NCBI GenBank assembly: GCA_964595665.1 | Contig: CAZQQS010000001.1 | Coordinates: forward strand, 1 to 32,000 | DNA length: 32,000 nucleotides | Source: an uncultured archaeon | GTDB lineage: Archaea > Iainarchaeota > Iainarchaeia > Iainarchaeales > 0-14-0-20-30-16 | Direction of reading: 5' to 3' | Shown: one piece after another, positions 24,516-31,303 of the stretch | How positions within the stretch are numbered: position 1 is the first letter of the stretch | Layout of the letters: every line of letters begins with the position of its first letter | The notes under the pieces: model-generated | What the model was told of the DNA's origin: nothing | What the model saw: only the letters and a program-made list of their open reading frames with translations | Database searches by the model: none | Made by a program: the position numbers and the translations under genes

Positions 24516-24995
24516 ATGGCAATATTTAGAAGACGAAAAGAACTAAAAACAAACTATGATAAAAGATTTTCATTGTTAAAATCTAGGACTAACAGATTGG
24601 TTTTGAGAATAACAAATCAATATGTTTGGGCACAATATGTTGTACACGATACAAAAGGGGATATAAACAAATTAAGTTTAGTTTCAAAATCTTTGAAAGA
24701 TTTTGGTTGGACTTTAGGATTTAAATCTTTGCCAGCAAGTTATCTTTCAGGATATTTGTTTGGTAAAAAAGCTTTAGAAGCAAAATTATCTAAAGATATG
24801 ATTTTAGATTTAGGTTTACAAAAATCTTTTAAACAAGGTAGGATTTATTCATTTGTAAAAGGTGCAATAGATTCTGGATTAAATATCCCTGTTGAAAAAG
24901 AAGTTTTGCCAACTCAAGAAAGACTTGAAGGAAAACATATTAAATCTGAAGCTTTGTTTAAGAAAGTAAAAGATGCAATTGATGCTAAAAAGTGA
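24516..24995 (+). CDS. rpl18: 50S ribosomal protein uL18
   Basis: FRRRKELKTNYDKRFSLLKSRTNRLVLRITNQYVWAQ is typical of archaeal L18. Synteny agrees. Confidence 0.9.
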   Translation: MAIFRRRKELKTNYDKRFSLLKSRTNRLVLRITNQYVWAQYVVHDTKGDINKLSLVSKSLKDFGWTLGFKSLPASYLSGYLFGKKALEAKLSKDMILDLGLQKSFKQGRIYSFVKGAIDSGLNIPVEKEVLPTQERLEGKHIKSEALFKKVKDAIDAKK

Positions 24996-25000
24996 TATAT

Positions 25001-25756
25001 ATGGTTGATAAATTTAAATTAGCTAAAAAGAAATCAGTAAAGAGAGCTGAATATGGTAGAGTATCTGAAGAAAAAACTACTAAAATGGAAACAAAAGAAG
25101 CAATTCAAGATGCTGTTCATAAAAAAAGAGCAAAAAGATCTTTATTTAATGTTGATATTTCAACATGGGAACCTAAGACTTTATTGGGTAAAAAAGTAAA
25201 AGAAGGCGAAATAACTAGCTTGGATGAAATTTTTGATAAAAATTTAAAAATTTTAGAACCAGAAATAATAGACTTTTTTATACCTGATATAAGAGAAAAA
25301 TTAATGGATACTACAAAAACATCATACGTTAGAATGTCTGGTAGAAAATATAACTACAGATGTGTTGTATTATTAGGTGATGGAGTAAAATTCATTGGTA
25401 TGGGAATAGGTAAAGATAAAGATAAATGGGTTTCAGCAACAAAAGCTGCAAGAATAGCTAGATTAAATTTATTAAGAATAAAAAAAGGTTGTGGAAGTTG
25501 GGAATGTTTATGTGGTACAGAACACACAGTACCTTTTGAAGTTCAAGGAAAAACTGGTGCTGCAAGAATTACATTAATTCCAGCTCCTTTAGGAACAGGA
25601 TTAGTAATAAGTGATTCTTTAAAACCAATATTGGAATTTGTAGGAATAAAAGATGTTTGGAGTAGAACTGAAGGTGAAACAGGTACTATGATAAATAGTA
25701 TACAAGCCACAATAGATGCTTTAAGCGAAACTAATAAAAAATTAAAAGTTAGGTGA
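25001..25756 (+). CDS. rps5: 30S ribosomal protein uS5 (with a basic N-terminal extension)
   Basis: The core is YNYRCVVLLGDGVKFIGMGIGKDKD... ITLIPAPLGTGLV. ATG 25001 follows AAGTGATATAT. Confidence 0.9.
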   Translation: MVDKFKLAKKKSVKRAEYGRVSEEKTTKMETKEAIQDAVHKKRAKRSLFNVDISTWEPKTLLGKKVKEGEITSLDEIFDKNLKILEPEIIDFFIPDIREKLMDTTKTSYVRMSGRKYNYRCVVLLGDGVKFIGMGIGKDKDKWVSATKAARIARLNLLRIKKGCGSWECLCGTEHTVPFEVQGKTGAARITLIPAPLGTGLVISDSLKPILEFVGIKDVWSRTEGETGTMINSIQATIDALSETNKKLKVR

Positions 25757-25762
25757 TATTAA

Positions 25763-26230
25763 ATGTCTGAATTAATTGCAATCGTAAAAATAAGAGGTAG
25801 TGTTGGAATAAAAACTACTTTAAAAGATACTTTATTAAAGTTAAGATTGAGTGAAAATAATCATTGTACTATTTTTGAGAATTCAAAAGTTTTACAAGGA
25901 ATGTTATTTAAAGTTAAGGATTATATTTCTTATGGTACAATAGATAAAGAAACATTAAAAGCTTTGATTGCAAAAAGAGGAAGATTAGTTGGCGATAAAA
26001 GAATTAATGCTGAATTTTTAAAAGAAAAAAATTTAACTATGGATAAATTTGTTGAAATGTTTATTGAAGATCCTAAGAAAGCATATACTTTAGGTTTGAA
26101 AAGAGTTTTTAGATTAAGTCCGCCATCAAAAGGTTTTGAAAGAAAAGGAATAAAAACTCCATTTGCACTAGGTGGTGCTTTAGGAGATAGAAAAGAAAAA
26201 ATAAATGTTCTTTTGAAGAAAATGATGTGA
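25763..26230 (+). CDS. rpl30: 50S ribosomal protein uL30
   Basis: LIAIVKIRGSVGIKTTLKDTLLKLRL is typical of L30. Synteny agrees. Confidence 0.9.
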   Translation: MSELIAIVKIRGSVGIKTTLKDTLLKLRLSENNHCTIFENSKVLQGMLFKVKDYISYGTIDKETLKALIAKRGRLVGDKRINAEFLKEKNLTMDKFVEMFIEDPKKAYTLGLKRVFRLSPPSKGFERKGIKTPFALGGALGDRKEKINVLLKKMM

Positions 26231-26306
26231 TATTTATGGTTCAGTTAAAAGTTTTTAAAAACAGTAAAACTTATAACAGTCCCATAAAAAATAAATGGTG
26301 ATATTT
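26231..26306 (+). repeat. Intergenic cassette copy (upstream of rpl15)
   Basis: tatttATGgttcagttaaaagtttttaaaaacagtaaaacttataacagtcccataaaaaataaatggtgatattt. The mini-ORF at 26236-26301 ends at the TGA inside the GGTGA of the rpl15 SD. Confidence 0.9.
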
Positions 26307-26717
26307 ATGGTTGTTAGAAAAGAAAAAAGATGTAAAAAAAGATTAGGTACTAGAACAAGAGGTGCTGGTAATACTGAAAACAGAAGAGGTGCTGGAAGTA
26401 AAGGTGGAAAAGGTAATACTGGAAAATTCGGTCATAAAAAACATGAATTTTTTGATGTTATAGGTCACAAAGTAAAAAATAAAGCATTTGTTGAAACTGT
26501 TGGAATTAATTTCAATCATATTAATAATTATATTGAGAATTTAATCTTACAAGGTAAAAAAGAACCTTTTGAATTAGATTTCAAACATAAAGATTTGAAA
26601 AAATATAATAAAGTTTTATCAAAAGGAAAATTGAAATATAATGTAATATTAAAAAATGTAATATTGACTGAAAGAGCTAAAAAACAAGTTGAATCTAAAG
26701 GGGGTTCATTTGAATGA
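26307..26717 (+). CDS. rpl15: 50S ribosomal protein uL15
   Basis: RKEKRCKKRLGTRTRGAGNTENRRGAGSKGGKGNTG is a typical L15 N-terminus. ATG 26307 follows GGTGATATTT. Confidence 0.9.
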   Translation: MVVRKEKRCKKRLGTRTRGAGNTENRRGAGSKGGKGNTGKFGHKKHEFFDVIGHKVKNKAFVETVGINFNHINNYIENLILQGKKEPFELDFKHKDLKKYNKVLSKGKLKYNVILKNVILTERAKKQVESKGGSFE

Positions 26718-28117
26718 GTTTTGCAAATATAATTGCAGGAATATCTCAATTTATTCCAAGTATTCAAGCTCCTAAGGAAAAACCTATTTTGTCTCAAAGA
26801 TTAAAATACAGTTTTTTAGTATTGTTAATATTCTTTGTTTTAGGTACAATTCCTTTATTTGGATTGGCTGGAAGTGCTGGTGACAGTTTAGCAATGTATC
26901 AATTGTTATTAGCAAGTAATATTGGAACATTATTAACTGTTGGAATTGGTCCTATAGTTGTAGCATCAATTATATTACAATTATTAGTTGGTACTGGAAT
27001 ATGGGGTTTAGATTTTGGAAATCCAAATGATAGAGCTTTATTTTCAAGTACTCAAAAAATATTGGCAATTATATTGTCTTTTTTAGAAGCATTTATTTAT
27101 GTAAGTGTTGGATTCTTAAAAACAGAAACTGCATTATTTACTTTCTTAGTAGTTTTGCAAGTTGCATTAGGTTCAATTACTTTATTATACTTAGATGAAG
27201 TTATACAAAAATATGGTATTGGTTCAGGAATAAGTTTATTTATTGCTGGAGGAGTAGCTTCTGGAATATTCTGGGTAATATTTAATCCAGTAAGTTCAAT
27301 ACAACAAGGTTTACAAATATTAAGTTCTGGTGCAACATTTAGTTTAGCTACTGGTGCTGGTTTATTGTGGACTTTTTTTGCAAATGTAGGTCAAAATTTA
27401 TATACTGCAGTAGTACAAAATATCTTCCCAATATTGTTTGCAATAATAGTATTTTTCATAGTAATTTATTTCTCAGGAATACATGTAAATATTCCATTAA
27501 CTATGGGTAAGAGTTCGCAGTTAGGAAGATATCCTGTAAAGTTTTTTTATGTTAGTAACTTGCCAGTAATTTTGGCAGCAGCATTATTTGCAAATATAAC
27601 TTTATTATATCATGTAGTGGAAGCAAAATCAATTCCAGTATTAACTACAATTTTATTTTATATTAGTAAATATACTACATCTCCAAATAATTTAGTAGAA
27701 AATGTTTTTTTACAAGGTTTTTCTGGAATGTGGGGACAAATATTACAAGCAATAATTTATTTGATAATATTTGCATTTGTTTGTGTATTCTTTGGAATCA
27801 TGTGGGTTAAAATGGCTGGACAAGATTCAGAAAGTGTTGCAAAACAATTACAAAAAAGTGGAATGTTTTTACCAGGATTTAGAAGAGATCCTAGAGTTAT
27901 AAAAACAGTTTTAGATAGATATATTCCTACTATAACAATATTAGGTGCAATATCAGTAGCTCTATTAGCGGGATTAGCAAGTATTACTGGTGCTGTAGGA
28001 ACAGGAATGGGAATATTGTTAACTGTTGATATTGTATATAGATTATATGAAGAAATTGCTAAAGAACAAGTAAGTACAGATTCATCATTATTGGCAAAAT
28101 TAGTTGCAAAAAGGTGA
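26714..28117 (+). CDS. secY: Protein translocase subunit SecY
   Basis: About 10 TM segments. It sits directly after rpl15 with a 4-nt overlap. SecY-like segments include GIGPIVVASIILQLL and ITLLYLDEVIQKYGIGSGISLFI. Confidence 0.92.
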   Translation: MSFANIIAGISQFIPSIQAPKEKPILSQRLKYSFLVLLIFFVLGTIPLFGLAGSAGDSLAMYQLLLASNIGTLLTVGIGPIVVASIILQLLVGTGIWGLDFGNPNDRALFSSTQKILAIILSFLEAFIYVSVGFLKTETALFTFLVVLQVALGSITLLYLDEVIQKYGIGSGISLFIAGGVASGIFWVIFNPVSSIQQGLQILSSGATFSLATGAGLLWTFFANVGQNLYTAVVQNIFPILFAIIVFFIVIYFSGIHVNIPLTMGKSSQLGRYPVKFFYVSNLPVILAAALFANITLLYHVVEAKSIPVLTTILFYISKYTTSPNNLVENVFLQGFSGMWGQILQAIIYLIIFAFVCVFFGIMWVKMAGQDSESVAKQLQKSGMFLPGFRRDPRVIKTVLDRYIPTITILGAISVALLAGLASITGAVGTGMGILLTVDIVYRLYEEIAKEQVSTDSSLLAKLVAKR

Positions 28118-28121
28118 ATGT

Positions 28122-28571
28122 ATGGAATGGCTAAATGCATTTATAGTTGGAACTATTGCAATTGTTTATTCTGCATTTTTATTTTTATATCAAAGATATC
28201 AAGATAAAAAAAATAATACTAAAGAAAAAAATTTAAAATCAAAAGAATTACAAAAACAAATCTCAGATTTGTATAAAAACAAAGATGTTAAAGATCCAGA
28301 AGTTATGAAAGAAATTCAAGCTTTACAAAAAGAAATGATGAGCATTAGTATAGATATGATGAAATCACAATTTAAAGGTATGATTTGGATTATGCTTTTA
28401 GGATTAATTGTATTATCTGTAATAGGATTATTCCAAGATGCGAAATTTCCTGTTGGAAGTTTTTGGATATTTTCACAAGTGTTATCTTGGTTTATATTAA
28501 TATCTTTAGTTGCAAATTTGTTATACAAAGGAATATTTAAATTATTAGAAAAACAAAAATTAATTAAATGA
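28122..28571 (+). CDS. DUF106 / EMC3-TMCO1-like membrane protein (archaeal YidC/Oxa1-like family)
   Basis: The layout is TM1, then a Lys/Glu-rich coiled segment (KELQKQISDLYKNK...MKEIQALQKEMMSISIDMMKSQFKGM), then two more TM segments. The position downstream of secY is conserved in archaea. ATG 28122 follows AAGGTGAATGT. Confidence 0.6.
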   Translation: MEWLNAFIVGTIAIVYSAFLFLYQRYQDKKNNTKEKNLKSKELQKQISDLYKNKDVKDPEVMKEIQALQKEMMSISIDMMKSQFKGMIWIMLLGLIVLSVIGLFQDAKFPVGSFWIFSQVLSWFILISLVANLLYKGIFKLLEKQKLIK

Positions 28572-28662
28572 TGTTTAAAAGGTGAAATTATGGTTCAGTT
28601 AAAAGTTTTTAAAAACAGTAAAACTTATAACAGTCCCACAAATATGTAAAAGGTGAATATTT
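28572..28662 (+). repeat. Intergenic cassette copy (upstream of rpl34e)
   Basis: tgtttaaaaggtgaaattATGgttcagttaaaagtttttaaaaacagtaaaacttataacagtcccacaaatatgtaaaaggtgaatattt. The mini-ORF is at 28590-28649. Confidence 0.9.
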
Positions 28663-28986
28663 ATGGTTACTCCAGCACAGAGAAATATGAAAAAGAAATT
28701 TGTAAAAGTTACAAAAGGTACTAAAGAAGTTAGATTTAGAGATAAATCAAAAGGTGCACATTGTGCTACATGTAAAACTGCATTACAAGGTGTTCCAAGA
28801 AATGTTGCAAAATTAGCAAAAACTGAAAAGAGACCAAGTGTTTTATTTGGTGGATTATTATGTTCTAAATGTAGAGATGAAGTTTTTGATTATGCAATTA
28901 TGGTTAAATTAAATTTAGTTCCTGAAAGCGAAATTTCATTTAAAATAAAAAAATATGTTGATCAAGCAATTTTGAAAATTGCATAG
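28663..28986 (+). CDS. rpl34e: 50S ribosomal protein eL34
   Basis: HCATCKTALQGVPR...KTEKRPSVLFGGLLCSKCRDEVF is the L34e zinc-ribbon pattern. Confidence 0.88.
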   Translation: MVTPAQRNMKKKFVKVTKGTKEVRFRDKSKGAHCATCKTALQGVPRNVAKLAKTEKRPSVLFGGLLCSKCRDEVFDYAIMVKLNLVPESEISFKIKKYVDQAILKIA

Positions 28987-28994
28987 GTGATTAT

Positions 28995-29447
28995 TTGATT
29001 GTTGTTATTGCAGGAGATGTTTCTTATAACGTAGAACCCTTTGCTAAAAAATTAGCAATTAGTTTAGGTGCAATATATAAACAATTAGATGATGATTATT
29101 TATTAAAAAATACTGGGTTCTTTGAAGAACAAAAACAAGGTAAGATTGTATATGTTGGGCATGTAATTGCAACAAAATTACAAGTACCATGTTTTAAAAT
29201 ATTTTTAAAAGAATTAAAAGAAAATATTTTAAGTAGATTAGTAAAAGAAAATAAATTATCTATTGAAGATGCAAATGAAAAATATAATTCAATAGTTAAA
29301 GAACAAAAAGAAAAAATGAATCGATTTTATGGAATCGATATAAATAATTTAGAAGTTTATGATTTAATAATGAGAATTGATAATTTAGATCAAAAATCAA
29401 TAATTAGTATTATTGAAAAGTTTATTGCAAAGCAATTTAGTGAATGA
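28995..29447 (+). CDS. cmk: Archaeal cytidylate-kinase-like protein with a degenerate P-loop
   Basis: The position between L34e and L14e is where archaeal cmk normally sits. The C-terminal RFYGIDINNLEVYDLIMRIDNL matches archaeal Cmk. The N-terminal IVVIAGDVSYNVEPFAKKLA replaces the expected GxxGxGK[ST]. The TTG start follows AGGTGATTAT. Confidence 0.6.
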   Translation: MIVVIAGDVSYNVEPFAKKLAISLGAIYKQLDDDYLLKNTGFFEEQKQGKIVYVGHVIATKLQVPCFKIFLKELKENILSRLVKENKLSIEDANEKYNSIVKEQKEKMNRFYGIDINNLEVYDLIMRIDNLDQKSIISIIEKFIAKQFSE

Positions 29448-29455
29448 GGGATATT

Positions 29456-29665
29456 ATGATTTTAGAAAAAGGTAGAGTTTGTATTGTTAGACGAGGAAGA
29501 GATTTTGGTAAATTATGTTGTGTTACTGAAACTCCAAAAAAAACTGACGCATATATAAAAGTTGAAGGTTTAAAATTAAAACCAAGCTTAAAGAACTTAA
29601 ATCATTTATGGTTTGTAGATAAAGTAATAAGCAATGTTAAAGATCTTGAAAAGGTGAAGTTATGA
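29456..29665 (+). CDS. rpl14e: 50S ribosomal protein eL14
   Basis: The KOW-like segment is LEKGRVCIVRRGRDFGKLCCV. Synteny agrees. ATG 29456 follows GAGGGATATT. Confidence 0.85.
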   Translation: MILEKGRVCIVRRGRDFGKLCCVTETPKKTDAYIKVEGLKLKPSLKNLNHLWFVDKVISNVKDLEKVKL

Positions 29666-30261
29666 GTGCTGCTAAAAAAACTCCGAGTAAAAAAGGTGGA
29701 AAACCTCAAAAAGGTGGTTCTAAGAAACCAGAAGTAAAAAAAGAAGATTTTGCAAAGAAAGCTGTAAAAGAAATAAAACATCAAAAAGAAGTAAAAACTT
29801 CAACTAGAAAAGGAACTGTTGCAAGAGAATTAGTAAGAATTGCAGGTATTGATATTGATGGATATTTATCTTTAGATAGAGCATTAAGAGCTATTAAAGG
29901 TATAGGTATGAGAACTTCAAAAACATTCGCATATGAATTTGAAAAGAAAACAAAAATACCTTATAATACTTTAATTGGAAATATTCCTCCAGAACAAGAT
30001 GAATTATTAACAAGTATAGTTATGAATCCTAGTATTCCTGATTGGATGGTTAATAGAAAAAGAGATTTGTATGATGGAAAAACAAAACACATTACAGGTT
30101 CAGATTTGATTTTTACAATTAGAGAAGATAAACAAAGATTAAGTAGAATAAAATCTCGAAGAGGTATGAGATTACAAGCTGCTTTGCCAGTAAGAGGACA
30201 AAAAACAAAATCTAACTTTAGAAGAAAGCAAGGTGTTGTTGGAGTTGTTAAAAAGAAGTAA
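29662..30261 (+). CDS. rps13: 30S ribosomal protein uS13 with a roughly 50-aa Lys-rich N-terminal extension
   Basis: The core is LVRIAGIDIDGYLSLDRALRAIKGIGMRTS...RRGMRLQAALPVRGQKTKSNFR. The extension is SAAKKTPSKKGGKPQKGGSKKPEVKKEDFAKK. Confidence 0.9.
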   Translation: MSAAKKTPSKKGGKPQKGGSKKPEVKKEDFAKKAVKEIKHQKEVKTSTRKGTVARELVRIAGIDIDGYLSLDRALRAIKGIGMRTSKTFAYEFEKKTKIPYNTLIGNIPPEQDELLTSIVMNPSIPDWMVNRKRDLYDGKTKHITGSDLIFTIREDKQRLSRIKSRRGMRLQAALPVRGQKTKSNFRRKQGVVGVVKKK

Positions 30262-30273
30262 TAGGTGATATTT

Positions 30274-30900
30274 ATGGGTGATCCAAAAAAAATTAGAAAG
30301 AAGTATGATAAACCAAAAAGACCTTGGGATAAGTCTAGAATTGTTTTAGAAAAAGATTTATTATTAAAATATGGTTTAGTTTCTAAAAAAGAATTAAGAA
30401 TTATGGAAGGAATTATTGGTAAAAAAAGAGCAACAGTTAAAAATTTATTAACTGCTCCTCAAGAAGTTGCTGAAAAAGGAAGACAAGAATTAGTATCTTC
30501 ATTAAATAAAATAGGATTGGTTTCAAAAGATGCAACATTCACAGATATTTTAGGATTAACTGTTCAAGATATATTAGAAAGAAGATTACAAACTATAGTA
30601 TATAGAATGGGTTTAGCAACTACTGTAAAACAAGCAAGACAATTTATTACACATGGTTTAATTGTAATAAATGGTAGAAGAATAACTATTCCAAGTTATA
30701 TAGTTACATCTGATGAAGAAAAAGCAATAGGTTATTTTGGAAATAAAAAACCAAAGATTTTAGAATTGGAAATGAAAAAACCAGAATTGCATAAAACTGC
30801 TAAAACAGAGTCAAAAGTTGTAGATGAAAAAACTGAAGAATTAGTTGATGAAGTTTTAGAAGATAACGAAGTAGAAGTTATTGAAGAAGAGAGTGATTAA
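30274..30900 (+). CDS. rps4: 30S ribosomal protein uS4 with an acidic C-terminal tail
   Basis: GDPKKIRKKYDKPKRPWDK and the S4 domain LERRLQTIVYRMGLATTVKQARQFITHGLIVINGRRI are present. The tail is EELVDEVLEDNEVEVIEEESD. ATG 30274 follows AGGTGATATTT. Confidence 0.9.
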   Translation: MGDPKKIRKKYDKPKRPWDKSRIVLEKDLLLKYGLVSKKELRIMEGIIGKKRATVKNLLTAPQEVAEKGRQELVSSLNKIGLVSKDATFTDILGLTVQDILERRLQTIVYRMGLATTVKQARQFITHGLIVINGRRITIPSYIVTSDEEKAIGYFGNKKPKILELEMKKPELHKTAKTESKVVDEKTEELVDEVLEDNEVEVIEEESD

Positions 30901-30901
30901 A

Positions 30902-31285
30902 ATGAAAGTTGCAATTGTACATATTTTTTCAACTTATAATAATACAAAAATGTTAGCTACTGATGTAACAGGTGCAGAAACTTTAGCAAAAAGTTCTGGT
31001 GGTATAGTAACTAAAAGTCAACACAAACAAGGTTCACCATATGTTGCTATGAAAATGGCTGAACAAATATCATCAACATTAAAAACAAAAGGTTATGATA
31101 ATATTGTAGTTAAAGTAAGAGCTACTGGTGGAATTAAAGCAAAGAATCCTGGACAAGGTGCAGATGCTGCTATAACTTCATTAACTAGAAGTGGAATGAA
31201 TATTGTTGAAATTGAAAATGTTACTCCATTACCACATGATGGATGTAGACCAAAGAAAAAATACTTATCTAAGAAAAAACAGTAA
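30902..31285 (+). CDS. rps11: 30S ribosomal protein uS11
   Basis: VAIVHIFSTYNNTKMLATDVTGAE...PHDGCRPKKK is typical of S11. ATG 30902 follows GAGAGTGATTAAA. Confidence 0.92.
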   Translation: MKVAIVHIFSTYNNTKMLATDVTGAETLAKSSGGIVTKSQHKQGSPYVAMKMAEQISSTLKTKGYDNIVVKVRATGGIKAKNPGQGADAAITSLTRSGMNIVEIENVTPLPHDGCRPKKKYLSKKKQ

Positions 31286-31303
31286 ATAGGATATGGGGAT
31301 TTT

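Noticed and set aside
26224-26306. C/D-box sRNA in the intergenic cassette, because ATGATGT (similar to the C box RUGAUGA) precedes two copies
   Set aside because: The ATGATG strings belong to the ends of the upstream genes (rpl30 and DUF106) and are absent from the other two copies. There is no CUGA D box on the plus strand. On the minus strand, the CTGA has no matching C box.
28118-28121. Absence of an adenylate kinase gene between secY and the DUF106 gene as a notable gene loss
   Set aside because: Absence from one window says nothing about the rest of the genome. The gene order around secY also varies among archaea.
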